Positions 14,401 to 28,332 are shown, counted from the first letter of the stretch. The stretch is DNA of 64,000 bases from Trichoplax adhaerens (GCF_000150275.1 NW_002060945.1:2503172-2567171), one strand, 5' to 3'. The notes: a model not told the origin generated them from the letters alone. Made by a program: numbers and translations.

Positions 14401-16530
14401 TAAGTGCAGATGTGTTGTTTAGGAATGATAAACTGAAATGTGCTATTTACTGATTACGAATAAATGTTGTCCTAACTTTGATCAATTTACAAGTTCTACA
14501 GTCGATGTAAAGGAAATAACAACATGTTATCCAAATAATGCCAATAGTAAGGCAAATAATACAAAGCACTATTATTCGGTAATTATATGCGCGTATGACT
14601 GGTATGGAGCCATACTAAATGATAATTAATTATCATGATAGTAGAAAAGATTCTATGTAAATTACAGTCCAACAGACACCGGCTAGGGCTTCATACCAGG
14701 ATTAAAAAGCTGTTAAGGATTAGCAGGAAAACGTTAAATTAAAACATAACAGTCTCGTCTAGTCGTTTCATCCATTTCTACCGTATTTTAACCTGTACTA
14801 AGGTTGTTTCTCACAGGAGAGAAATCGATACAACTATCCTATGTTGAATGATAACGAGAACAGAAAAACCATAACTGGTGACGTTACAGTGGAAACCCTC
14901 GAGAGTCTCTCGAAGGTCTGTAGTGTGTTGTACCCTACTGTCAATAAATTTTGCATTTGCCGTTCGAATTTTCTAGTTATCGCTTCGTCGTAAGTGCAAT
15001 TTCCACAGAATTACTGAGCCTTCAACGAATCGTTTTCCTTTTATTTCATTGAACATCACTAAAAAAAGTTCTCAAACATACGTACGACTAGTCACTAAGA
15101 TATCAAAAGTATAGTAGCTGCCATCGACTACTTCAATCGCTTGTTGTCAACGGTATCCACCTGCACATTATCTAGTCTACGGGTATTCGAGATACAATAT
15201 TTAGACTGGTACCAACAAGCCAGATAACATTGGTATCTAAGCGTTCGATGGCGATACTGTAGGGCGTCAAAAATCTTCCAATTCATTACTTGAAAATGTA
15301 ATATTTCCTGATTTATAGGACCTTTAAGTATTGGTTTTACTTTTCTATTTTTTTCCTTGGTTAGCCAATGTTGTATAACATGGGCTTCAATTCACTACAA
15401 CATGACAGGAAAAAGATGACATGCTCTACTCAACAGTGACACCAGAAACGTTTGTAGAGAGATCGTTTATGCTTTGAACTGAATGTCAAACGATTTGACT
15501 TAATAATAATAAATATTATAATAATAATTATTATTATAATGAAGTCGTTGTTCAATAGTCGGGCGTGCCCGAATCACGATCACCACTGTCGATGACCGCG
15601 AGTAGCGTTGGTTCGCCTATACTGAAGTCTTTGCGGCCAAAGTCAATTTGTTACTCTAGTCTTTCCGTGTAACGGCTACTGGGAGTGGTTAGTCTGTGCG
15701 TCGATAATTTATTGATCAGTCTAACCTTGGTGTGTCACTTTAACGCCATTTTAACTTGGAAAAGAAATGGTAGATATAATAATTATTAATGCCTACTACG
15801 TCAATTTTAATAAGGAAAAGTTGCCATTACTGTAACGCTCTTCATGTTTATAATCTTTCTTCACGGGTAGGCATTAGATCGAGCTAGGAGAGTTACTTAT
15901 TAGTTCAAAGATGAGCGTAAAGTAGTAACATTGTTTATGACAATATTCGCCTTCATCGCAACCGTTTCAAGAGCTGTGCAAAGTACAGTAGATGCTGTAT
16001 GTAGGGCGTTTTACCTCATCACTGTCGGTAACATCTTATCAAGTTATCGATTCTAAGTGTGCAATAGTAATTTTTCGCTACACCGACCAAAAGTATTCAA
16101 ATTGTACGATACTGTAGTGTATAATGTCGTAGAAGCAAACTGGATTACCTATACAGTATATATAAATTACATAGCATACTTGTCGATAGCATATCGATGC
16201 GACATGGGTGTTCGTCAATGACCAAGCGCAATTTTTAGAAAACAAATAAAAGAATCATTTTGTTTTTACCTTTGTATGAACTCCACTTGCACTAGCAATA
16301 TCTCGATCCCTTCGCTTTCCTTCACCACCAGGACTTTGAGATCTTCCCGATTCTTTATGAAGTGATTCCATGCTAACTGCTTCTACAGGCCTTGGATGCT
16401 CGCTCGATTTGAATCCAATCGGCGGATTCTTATCAGCAGAATGTGGTGATCTAACATCACTAAATCCCAAGGGACGAGAACTTCCAGAGTTTTTAAAGCC
16501 GATTTGGGGTGGCTCTTGTTGGTAGGACAT
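8412..16530 (-). CDS. Anoctamin (TMEM16) Ca2+-activated chloride channel/scramblase, about 20 exons
   Basis: Start [12 protein letters not shown] (ATG at 16530; first exon 16530-16270). Family motifs: [134 protein letters not shown]. Stop at 8412-8414. Paralogue identity cannot be assigned. Confidence 0.95.
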
Positions 16531-17559
16531 CTTTGATAGCAAAGGCTGTCTGATCGTCTATTATGCGCGATACGATTGTAGAAAGAGATTCACTGTTCAC
16601 AGTTTTCAAAGTTATAGCTAATAGCCTTCTGTTCATTGACAGTTAATACAGGTTAGATGAGAAACAAGTATAAGTGACAACTGTAGCGCTGTTGCCTGGA
16701 GAGGGTACTGTAAGTAGGTACAGATGTGACTCGATGTGACTGACAACTGGGTTTACAGAGCCTATACTGCTGACTGGAGAATAATGCTCTACAGTACTAC
16801 AGCGCTAGTTAGGTAACAAGTAAAAGACTGGAAGTAGTAGTTACACATACTGTACACTGTACAGTAAGCATGCACAAATAAAGCGAGTGACTTATTGTAT
16901 GTATCAGCGACTAATTGCCCATGCGCATTTAAACGCAACTTGTGGAAGATCCACAGTATGGCAGGCATCGTACAGTACAGTACTTACGGTAGATTACAGT
17001 AAAATGACGGATTCGTGTCAATGAACTCGTCTATACTATCGTTTGATATGCAATTTGTTCAAGTTCTGTACGTTTTTTTTATTTTGTTGTAGTTCAAATC
17101 AGGAAGGATTTTCTCGGACACTTTGTAGAATGACTGGATAAATAGTCAGTTTCATCATTCTTGTACTGAACCTTGAACTACTACTCTACTAGAAGAAGAC
17201 CTGGACTGATCGCTCCCTCGAACAAATCAGGCTGTAAATGTTCCAAAATGACTACTTATTATGGATCTTCCCTGTTAGCTTTCTAAATTACCGGTACTAA
17301 TTGAAATGATATCTATGATCTTATATAACTGTTTTCAAGCAGAACTTTGTAACAAATAAAAAGATCAAAAGATTCAAAGCAATATTACTTCTTTGAGAAA
17401 ATATCCGCTCAGTTCAAAATCGACCGACTTGTTACTAAAGTAGTGCAAAAACAAAGTGTTTGCCACACTACTTTGACGTGATGAGTCCGAAAATGTCTGT
17501 CCGTCCAAGTGTGATAGTAGTCCATGACTGAACCAGGGACTACGCTACTTTAGTCGCTC

Positions 17560-18042
17560 AGTACTACAGTACTGTACACTGTACTGTACAGTACTGGATA
17601 CTAAAAGGAAAGAAAGAGGGACGTACAGTACAGTACAGTACAGTAAAGCGGCCCTCAATGCAAAATAAACGTGGAGGCCTATCATTTTCCGGTCATTACT
17701 GTACTACAGCATACGGTACCTATGAAACCGTATATCATACTGTACACTGAGTGTATACTGTAGGATGTCCAGTACTGTACAGTACAGTAGTAAGTAGTCT
17801 TAGAAGTAGCCGTACTGTACAGTACAGTACAGTACAGTACAGTACGTACAGTACAGTGTACCAGAGAACGGTACCGTCTGTACTGTACATTGTACTACTG
17901 CTAGATCAGAAGCATGTAGATCACATGACATATGCGCATGGATCACATGACACATGCGCATTTTTCTTGGTGCTACAGTATTGTACTGTACAGTACTGTA
18001 CAAAAAAACAACCTACCGTACAGTACTGTACAGTACAGTACT
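17560..18042. repeat. (CAGTA)n/(TACTG)n pentamer arrays in both orientations forming TACTGTACAGTA palindromes
   Basis: Direct reading: gtacagtacagtacagtacagta at ~17622-17645 and ~17817-17856; tactgtacagtactgtaca at ~17983-18002; scattered units also at ~16790-16980. Confidence 0.9.
17919..17961. promoter_or_regulatory. Tandemly duplicated 21-bp element containing E-box/M-box (TCACATGAC) + TGCGCAT (NRF1-like) in the divergent promoter
   Basis: gatcacatgacatatgcgcat (17919-17939) and gatcacatgacacatgcgcat (17941-17961). A strong donor AAG|GTAAG at ~18116 suggests a nearby non-coding first exon of the transporter. Confidence 0.5.
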
Positions 18043-18914
18043 TTGCAATATTAACCAACAAGTGACAGGTACCAAGTTAATAAGCCTGTGCAAGTTTCTT
18101 TGCGGATGCCTTCAAGGTAAGCTAAAATGTTGCTACTGTCTCCAATTTTCATGCATACTTTCAGTCAATTTCTAGTTCTCTTCGTTCATTACAAGCAACG
18201 TTGCCAAATCCCATTCATTTTTATACAATCTGTTTCATAAGACAAAAATATCTTACTTGTATAGCGTCGATAGATTTTAATGAACTCACTAGCTCGATAT
18301 AAACTTCGCCGCTATCTGCAGGATATTGACTATTGTTGAGCACTGAATTCCATCATGACGTAATTTAGCCAATCAAGAGAATGATTTAATTTTATTCACT
18401 CTATTTTGCATGCTTAGGATTCGTTAATTTAACCCTAGTAGTTTGTATATACTGTTAATTATAGAATATTGATCCTTTCTATTTGATAGACAGGAGTTTA
18501 TGAAGAATTGATTTTTGGTGTTATTTTTTGTATATACAGTACATTCAACACATACTCTACCACTACAGCATACAGTCGAGTACATGCTCCAATTGCTTTA
18601 TCCTACTACATTGCTGGTTGAAAAGCCAGCCTAAAAATAAAATTATATTATACTAAGATAGATATTGACAGTAAAAAGATTAGCAGGTGTACAGTATTAC
18701 AATCTGTCAATTCGTAATCTCCTAATTGAATGGTGATACCGTTAAGGTGTTATTAATTAGCTACGCATGCAGATATTTTACAATTAATTATCCTTGCATT
18801 GTATTACAATATATATAATTAATTTGAAACATATATCTGTTGATAATTAATTACTGCAGTGCTATCATTTTGTTTGTTACTTAGCTAGTGACTTGAATAT
18901 CGTTAGTGATCTAA

Positions 18915-21083
18915 ATGACCGATTCGTCACCACATTCAAAGTTGGATTCACCAGAAGTATCTGCAATAGAAGAAATGTCTCAAGAAATGAACGTCATAGT
19001 ACCGCCTACTGAAATAGCTAAAGGAATCGGTGTCGCCACAACCGCATTTTTTATTGTAGCAGAAATGGCTGGAAGTGGTGTGCTAGCTTTACCCAAGGCT
19101 GTTGTGGAAAGTGGCTATACTGGTATCGGATTAATTGTTGTAGCTTCTATCATGTCTGCTTACACCGGCAAGATTTTAGGTAAATGACATAATAATATTT
19201 TAGGTTAAAATCAACCACAAACTTCGCTAATTCAATGGTAGAGAAATATACGCGTACAATGGCTAGAATGTAGCAGAAGCACCACAGTGATAGTAGCACT
19301 ATTAACATCATCCATTTCCTGCATTAGCTAGCAAATTTTCATCAGTTGCTGGTGTTATGTATTTTGTGATAGACACACACTGTGAGTAAAAAATTTACTC
19401 TTTCTTATAAAAATGATGTTTATAATTTCACGTACAGTATGCACTTAGTATGCAGAACTTTATTTTACGCTATCGTATATACGCATACTTCATAATTGCT
19501 AACTATCTATTGTAACCTGGTTTGCTCCTACGGAGTGTGACTAGTTACAGCACTGTAAGTTGGAAAGTCTGCCGTTCGTTAAAATATTAAGCTACTGTAT
19601 CACTAGTGCTACCGTTGCAAAATAAATGTCGCTATATTTAACAGCATACTTGACGATGTTAGAGTATGCAATATAATCATTTATTGTCATTGATGTTTGT
19701 ATGTTATTTGGTAGGTGATTGCTGGAATATTTTATTAGATAAACTACCTCAATATCGAGAACATAATCGTTATCCTTATCCGTCGATTGGATACGAAGCA
19801 ATTGGACCTGCTGGCAGATATCTAGTATCAATATGTGTTAATTTAACACTTTTTGGAGTTGGTGTTGTTTTCTTAATCTTAGCGTCAAATAATCTGATAT
19901 CTCTAATTGATACGCACAATATCAGTTACGCTGGCTGGCTAGCTATTTGCGCAGCATTTGTGACACCTTTAATGTGGTTTGGAACCCCAAAGGATTTTTG
20001 GTTTATTGGAATATTATCCGCAGCATGTACTATCACTGCTGTTATTCTTATCTTTATCAATTTAATGCTAATCGCACCTGCACCACAAGACTTGGCTAGT
20101 GTCCCTCAAGCGCCAGTTACGTTTACATCCTTTTTCTTCGCCTTTGGTGCTATTTTATTCGCCTACGGAGGTCATGCGGCTTTTCCAACTGTTCAACATG
20201 ACATGAGAGAACCATCTAAATTTAAACAATCAATTCTCATTTCCTATACCACGGTCAATTGTCTATACCTCCCTATTGCTATAGCTGGATTTTTAATTTT
20301 TGGGAGAAATGCTGAAACTGCCGATATCTTGCTAACCTTGAAGAAATCTGGTCGGGGAGGTGCTATACTTGCTATCGCTGAGGTTTTAATTACTTTACAC
20401 GCTCTTTTTGGCTTTATTATTGTCCAAAATCCATTAGCTCAAGAAATCGAAAATATTTTTAAAGTACCCAATAGTAAGTATAATTGAATGTGAATTATTT
20501 ATGCTTAATTACTATATCAATCTTTTTTGGTTTAAGCGTTATTGTTCACTTTAGTAGCTATTAAAAAAAATGTTATCGTGATTGATTTTGACGTACTCGA
20601 TTAGATACTGTAACCCTAAATCTTATAAGCCATGTGATTTTATGTACCGTATATGTAGTAAACCCGCAATTGTATTCTATGAAATGAAATGGCATTAGCT
20701 ATCAGATGTGTTGCATGCAATTGCAGAACAATTAATCATTCATTCAACATAAACTTTATCGCGTATAAATTTTATTCATAGAATTTTGCTGGCAGCGTGT
20801 TGTACTTCGTACTATTCAAGTTGGTGCTGTGCTTGGTCTAGCTGAAGCTGTGCCTAAATTTGGAGCAGTACTATCATTAATTGGTGGCTCAACTGTTACC
20901 GCTTTAACCTTCATCTTTCCATCTTTGTTTTACCTTATCTTAAAGAAAAAATTAGCTCGTAAGCCGATTTCCTTAGTTGAATATACCATCAATATAGAAT
21001 TGATTGCAATAGGATTTTTGGGGGGTATTGCATCCACCTATTCCGCCATTATTGGAATTGGAAAAGCTTTTGCACCAAAATAG
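18915..21083 (+). CDS. Amino-acid transporter, AAAP/Aa_trans family (SLC32/SLC36/SLC38/AVT1-like), 3 coding exons
   Basis: Exons 18915-19179, 19715-20473 and 20782-21083 splice in frame (KILG|DCW; VPNK|FCW). Motifs AGSGVLALPKA, FAYGGHAAFPTVQHDM, LSLIGGSTV..LTFIFP; multiple TM helices. Confidence 0.95.
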
Positions 21084-21999
21084 ATTATAATTTAATATTT
21101 TTCCTTTAACAATTTTTACTGAATTGTGGTCTTGAGATTTCAAAAAATTCGCTCACACTCAATTTATACAGCTCTGTTAAAATTATCTCTTATCTACTTA
21201 GTTTGATAGCATGGAACAATCAAGCTTCGACGTTTCTTCTTAGTAAAACTTACATGAATGCGTGATTTTTTATCGTATTTATGATTTCAGTCAACTATTG
21301 TGATATACAATTGTACATGTAGATTATTGGTACGAATTGATAGGTTATATTCATTTATTATAATAGCTTCACAAAGACAGTAATGGATGCTAATTGACAC
21401 ATTTTTAAGTATCGAAAGGACTTCGTCGCTCGTCAGCACCTTATTATTTACGCTGTTGATTTCTTATTGCTTTTATAAGTATTTTTTAATCATGGCTGCT
21501 AATGAAACGATGTAGTGAACTTTGCGTGAACGTAGGATATCTTGAAAAGATAATTAATTTTTATAAAAAGTCATTTAATTAGATAATAATACAGTATTAT
21601 TTCGAGTATAAAATTTAACCAGATTTTTATCGAATCCTTTGATCACTATAGGATAAACGAGAGTCGAAGCTTGATATTTCTAGAATGTACCTTGATTAGC
21701 TTATTAGATCCCCATAATGTCAGATAGACATATTCGTGTCCTTTTTCTGCTAGAGTTCTCTTATACTGCACTTCATTTGCACTTTATCAAAATTTGAACT
21801 GGCGAATGAGTATATATTTTTTTATCTTGATTTTAAGAAGTTCATTTGCTGATAGGGCATATTATTCATTTTAAATGTTATAGTAAGACGATATTTTTCT
21901 TCAACGACTATTTCAGCTGAATAACTATGCTAAAGTTGGTAAGAAGTAAATAGTGACTTCATAGACCAATTTATTATTGCTAAATAAGATTAAAAGATA

Positions 22000-24900
22000 T
22001 TTAAACTATCGATTTATTGATATATATATATTAGTCTTTGGTCTTAGTAGTACTTCGACGATATGACCCTGCTGTATTGTTCATTTATGGAGTGAATTTT
22101 TTTATATTAAATTTAATACCATTTACGAAACTGGTACAGTCCAATCGTGGTGCATATCTTAGCGAAGCCGTCATCATTTCCATCATTACACCAAGGACGT
22201 GATAATTGATGAACGAATGAAAATATGTATGACCTGTTGTTACCAGACTGTTGTTAATCAATTATATCTATTTATTATCAATTGAAAGGTCACTTGAATT
22301 TAGAAGGGAGTAAACAAATGATAAAATGCGAGATATTAGCATTATGTAATTCTTTCTATAAGATTGGATTATATAAGCTAGAGAAGTATCAAGGATTAAT
22401 TTAGAAAGCTTTTACCAACTGTAATGGCTTTATTGTAATTATTAGAAGCGTAACCTTGAACTATCAGACCACAAGTGATGATGTCATTTTATTGAATCTT
22501 ATCGCATTATAAATCCGAAGTAAAAACCTCTATAGATGACATTAATGTTTATTCGGATAGCGAGAAGGTTGCTGACAAATTAGGTTCTATTAATATCGCG
22601 TAAGGTCGTAATCGGATATAAAGCATCTGTTGCTCTATTGAGAGAGTCCTCCAAAAGTTAATCAGACTCATTCATAATTTGTGATGTTACCATGTTACCA
22701 ATTTTAAATTGAAGTAGTAAGTGGGGTGATCTGTCTATAAAATTAATTGGAACTAACTATTACTCTTCTTGGATGCTTATTAGTGGATTTAAATCTTTCG
22801 ACTTCTTGTGAATTAAGAATGTAATAAAGTAAAACATCTATAAGGTATAGAATGAATTTAAAAAATCGTGATAAAGTTCAATTCTGAAAGCAAGGTAGCT
22901 AGCAAATGCAATAAACAACTAACGTAAAATAAGATCCTTCAAATTTTAAATTCGAAACAGAAAGTGAATGAACTGATTTCTCATTCAAGGGTCTACTAAT
23001 ATAACGCAATTGCTGTCGCCTTAGTTAAATTGAAATTATGGTTTCATTTCTTACCAGTTACATATTCCTTAGTAATATCGATCTTTGTTGTCAATTATTT
23101 TATCCAGGTCACTAGTGAGTTGCTCAAATAGAAATATCAGTTGAGACTGCTAAAAATATAACACGTATCACTTAATTAAATGCCCATTTTAAGTCTAACA
23201 TTCAACCCATACTTAAAATTTTTCGTTCTGATCGATACACAAATGACTTCATCAGTATAACGGTGATTGATCTCTCTCGTATTTAAGTCTTATTAAATAT
23301 CGATGGTTTAGCTACAAGCAGTAATCCCATCTCAGGGTTACATTTGGTAAATTATGCTTGAAAAGATTATGTTCGTAATTTTGTGATCATTAGTTTATTA
23401 CCGATTTTATGCGTATAACTGCAACAGCTTCTTTAGAAAATTAATAAATTACATCTATAATGGATTAAGTTCTCTCTATGTCTGGTTTTTGCACTAATTT
23501 AGACTGTATAGTAATAGAAAATCTCATACGGCAGTACAACAGTGGAAGTATTGAGAATAGGTCAATGTAGAATCATTTTAATTACTAGTATGGTTATTTC
23601 ACTGTCTAGTCTAGAAGAATATTTTTAAAATGTCAATGTGCGCGTTTTTTTCATCCATCAACTCACAATTATCCTAAACATTTTTATTAAATGCCGATTT
23701 GTATTGGCGACAACATAATGTCTGTTCTGCATAGACGAAATGGATAATAGCTAACCATTGGATATTTATCGTAATAACATGTGATCAACTCAGTAAGGGG
23801 TAATTATAATAGCAGTTGCTTTAATTACATAAAATTATTTCTATAGTATTACTATAATTTCTTTAAATTAATTCTAATTATCTCTACATAGCTATATGAA
23901 ATATCTGAATCAGTATATAGTAATTTTTGTTCCTGTCAGGAATAAAATGATTATTATTAATAATTCTTCCTTCATATTCATCGTGTCATATATATTCGAG
24001 AAATGATTCTTGTGGATCTTTCATGATCCTATGTTGATATTTATTAAATAAATTGGTAAAATTGAAAGTAAGCAATCGTTTACAAGTTTCATTTTAGGCA
24101 TAGGATAATGATACTAATAGAAGAATACACAATGAATCAATAAAACTTTTGTTCCACTGTGCGATTACTTTGACACTAGATATCAAGCTGTTTCCCCGTT
24201 GATGATTGTAGTGCTACATTAGCAGAATAAATTTCTAATGTACGTTTGCATGCTAATAAATTAATTAAGATTTCCCTTGTTTGTAAACATACTTCTATTT
24301 TCATACTTATTAAGGTGTAATGAATCTATCAAATAAAGAATTATGGAATAGTTACCCCAACCTCTTACTTTGTTTGTAAATTTCAAATAGTCATAATCCC
24401 CTCTGATGTAGGTGTGTAACTATTTAAGTTCTTAAAGTAATAGGTAATGATGTTTAAACGTTGTGATTAGTTGGGTTATCTATTACTATATGTATGAAAG
24501 TATGTTTTTAGTTTTAGATATCTCCTTTGACGGTAGTCTATTTATTTAATTAATATAGTAAAACATTTGCTTCAGAATCTGTATTTTCTCTGATACACTC
24601 AAATATTATGCCATACCTTAATTTCAAACTCAATGCTACAAATCATCATTCGTGGATTGATCCAATAAAATTCGATAGTATTTTATCCTTGTAGCTATAA
24701 GCGTAGATCATCGTTACTCATGAATATCGTTATATTTAACTTTTGAGTAAAAAGATCCTTATTTAATACGCATTCGATGCTATTGACTCATCCTTCCATG
24801 ATACTATTATCCAAAGATAGAGTTGAAAAGTAAAGTTGCATATCGGTTCGATGATGCTTTTTATTTGAGTAGGGTTATGTAAATCCTCTTTATTGAGTAT

Positions 24901-25050
24901 GATAATGGCATCTTCTGTATGACATTTATAAATAGACGTATAATGGTAAAATAGGCAAATCTACTGCAATATAATTATAGATGAACCATGCAACATGCAG
25001 TATACTACATACGAAAACTTGGAAATCCATTTTAATCATATCAACACACC
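22000..25050 (-). pseudogene. Possible heavily decayed cadherin-repeat gene relic
   Basis: Fragments in shifting frames, in cadherin-repeat order: TSDLD..RYY (~23116-23070), VTG..NHNF, ISRPLNEKSVHSLSV (~23000-22956), NPEMGLLLVAKP (~23339-23304). Many stops; boundaries approximate. Confidence 0.4.
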
Positions 25051-25716
25051 ATGGTTTGTTTATTTGAGAATATATACAGAAAAACGATAAAACTCTGGTT
25101 TAAACTATCCTTGAATGCGCTTACTATAAAAATAATATAAAAATTAATTGCAATTAAATAACATTTAAATTTTGATACGAATAATAATTAGATAGTAAAA
25201 GGTGAGGATGGAAAAATTAGTAAATGATCGCTTTGTAGATTATTTTAGTTACACATTAAATCTAATTACATAGCCCTGCTACAAGAAGAGAAAAGCCGTC
25301 ATTCAAAATTTTGAAATCATATAATATCATTTATGTATCCAGAGAAAACGATATTAAATACCACTAATATCAGTTTATTAATTACTGACAGTAATGCTGA
25401 TACCTTACTAAAAAAATGTTGATTTTCATGGCTTTGCTTCAAACAAAAAAAACCGATATGCATGTAAGAGGCGTGGCATCACATCTAACTCAGAATACGC
25501 TGTCTTTCTAAGACTAGAATTGAATTTTGTACGTATGTATGTGTAGACTAGACGATATTACGTTGTAATAGATGTTATGCTACTACATTGCACACATATA
25601 CAACACCATATTTAAAATGAAATAGCACAATCATACGATCTACTTGGATGTAATATATTTACTAATACAAGAATAATTTTAAGAAATACTTCACATTCTT
25701 AAGAGTATACCAACAT

Positions 25717-28332
25717 TCAGCTTTTGCAGTCTAAGTATTGGTGAGTTTGTGGATACCAGTTCTCAGCTCCACATCTAATGGCTTGATCCATGTTAGATAA
25801 CCTGATAAATGACATAGCATTATAATTATAATTATTGATATCAGTTTCTCCAGGTACTGAAGAGTAAGTAGTATCTGGATTATTGGGCAAGAAAGATTCG
25901 TCGCTTCCAAAGTTGGGCAGCAAACTGAGGTTACCCTAGAATGATGGAAAATAATCAATACCATAAGTAATTTATTTACAATAGGTTCAGATAGCTATAT
26001 CCTATCAATTACATCGCGGCATAAAATTTAATTATCTTTACACTGCAGTTACCTCGTGGTGGTTGACTTTTAAGAAATTTTCACTTGAGCCTGTATCATC
26101 TTGTAAGTTATCAATGGATGTTTTAAATGACTCGTGGCATTGATACAAAATCATATCATCAAAGACTGCACTGTTGTTAGGAATTTCCTGTAATGGCTGT
26201 TGCCCTAGATTGATGCTGTCATATGGTCGATGTACTGGCCATTGTACGTGATTAAGAGTGTTGTCTAAGTCATTAGAAATGATAGCTCCATCAACTACCA
26301 GTTGCTGTCTTTCCAAGCTGATACTATGGCTATCGTATGATTCTGGTATGATCATCATTCGATCGAGAGGATGACTATCCGCAAAATAAGAGGCGACATG
26401 GACCTTATTTGCATTATAAGTAGTTTCTTGAAACTGTTGTTGATTATTAATCCGATTTACGTAATTTTCACTAACATGCTGAGATTGCTGCTTTGTTGAG
26501 TTGATACTGTTCCATTTCCGTTTAACTTTGCTATTTCCTTGACTAAGAGCAGCATTATCTTGATTAGGAGAATGATGTGGCGCGCCAAAATGGGAATCCT
26601 CAACGTCACCAGTATTTTTTGGATGATTTTTGTGCGCACCAGGTAAAGGTAGCTGGACATAGTATCTGTAAATATTATTGTATAAGGTTAGAAGACACAA
26701 AACAAAACAATAGTTATATTAAATCAGCAATATCTACTTCAGAGATTTCTATAAGGGTTATAAAATTTCGTAAAGCTACCGAAAAGTAACAGAGATAGTA
26801 ATATTGTCTTTGGATGCTATACAACCTTGTATCGACAGCAATTTCATCACGATTAGCTTTTCTTAGTCTAGATAAAGCGTTTTTTCTTGCTCGGCGAAGA
26901 TTTTTCCCCTGCTGCTTCAAATCGACTCTAAACCCAGGAAATCGTTTCACGTTCTTGACTATAACTGTAGCTGGACAATAATCCAGTTCATCTTGAGATG
27001 ATCTGTCGTCATCGGAACTGCATTTTCTTGATCTTAAATGATAAATAGAATATAATTGAAATAAATGTAAAGAATATAGACTATCGAAAATGCAAACATT
27101 TCCTTTAGGGTAGTGTGTTGCCTTACTTTTTCGAACAAACTGTGCTTTGCCTTTGAGTAGATGACCGACGTTGACCATACTGGCATTCCCTGACAGTAGC
27201 TCTGTTATCGATGTTGATAAAGGGTACTCCATCATCTGGTACATACGAAGATTTCCACATTAACCTACGAAATGATAGATTTATTAGTAAGGTACCTTCT
27301 AAGAGCAACCTTGGATACTTAAAATTTGTTACTGTAATAAAAAGGTTGTTAGTAATTGAATCTAAAAGAAATTTTACGTTGATGTCTTATTTAAATGTAA
27401 ACAAAGGGACATAATTTCATTAAATAACTTGATAAACAGCTAATATCTGAGAAAATAACTGTTATTACAATATAGTAAACTTTGTTATACCTTGTGGAGC
27501 TCTTAGGATGTGAAGATGACTGCCTTGTTCCCCATGAAAGTTTGGTTGATTCCTCAAATCGAGCCAGAACAAATTTTAGTTCCTCGATTGTTTTGACGTA
27601 ACCTCGGCAATAGCTGCTTTTAAACTCTGTTTCATGCAGATAGTAGGCCCATGATACATCATCTAAGTTGGTACTTTGCGGGATACAAAATGTAGGATTT
27701 AATTCGACCTTTACATCCAAAACGTCACTACATTCACTAGATTCGTTTGACAATAATATAGGGCTATCGTAATCAGATGAATTGCCTTGATTATTTAAAG
27801 AGCAAGACGCACTCTCTTGCAGATTACTCAATGGAGGTAAATGTTGCGACATACTTAAGTTAGTGCTATTATTGACGCTTTCTGATTTAGATTCGAATAC
27901 GTTTACACTCCAAGATAAGTTACAACCCGATGGATAGGAATTAGCTAGGGATGTGGATTTCATAAATTCAGCTGATGAACTACAGTCCAATTTACACCAT
28001 TCATCATTTGCAGCACTATTTGTGATCTCAATTGTGTTTTTTACTTGCCGGTTGATTTCTTTACTATTTGCATCGCAGTAAGCGGGAGTACTTATACCTT
28101 GGCATGCACGTCGGCTGCCTACATTACGATTTTCGTCATAATTTCGGTATACGTCGTCGTTTCGATTCACTGAAGGATTTAAGTGATTCTTTAAATATGG
28201 GCGTAGTGCAAAATTTGGAAATTTAGGTACAATTTTAAGCGAATTGACTTCATAACGCTGTTCGAGTGCCATATATACTGGGCTTTTTGAGGAATCCATC
28301 AACCCAATATTACAATTGTTCGAGCTAGACAT
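25717..28332 (-). CDS. CARF: Calcium-responsive transcription factor (CaRF/ALS2CR8) homologue, 5 coding exons
   Basis: Exons 28332-27491, 27264-27127, 27032-26826, 26665-26053, 25936-25717. Translation contains [49 protein letters not shown] and [15 protein letters not shown], matching the CaRF domain as I recall it (RLMWKSQYVPYDGIPF..ECQYG..CPA..K..KFP..YVQLP...H..H). ATG at 28332 is preceded by in-frame stops. Confidence 0.9.

Noticed and set aside
14793-14838. Candidate cassette exon in anoctamin intron 1
   Set aside because: It has AG/GT ends but is 46 nt between phase-0 junctions, so it would shift the frame; no other support.
15501-15572. (TAA)n tract and tcgggcgtgcccga mini-palindrome
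   Set aside because: Short low-complexity features expected by chance.
17560-18042. CRISPR-like appearance of interspersed repeats
   Set aside because: Pentamer microsatellite without fixed-length unique spacers; eukaryotic context and no cas genes.
17751-18175. ORFs with TVQYS/YCTVL repeats
   Set aside because: They are translations of the CAGTA pentamer array in several frames, not a protein.
8412-28332. Functional calcium-signalling cluster (anoctamin next to CaRF)
   Set aside because: Adjacency alone is not evidence of co-function in an animal genome; it would need conserved microsynteny.
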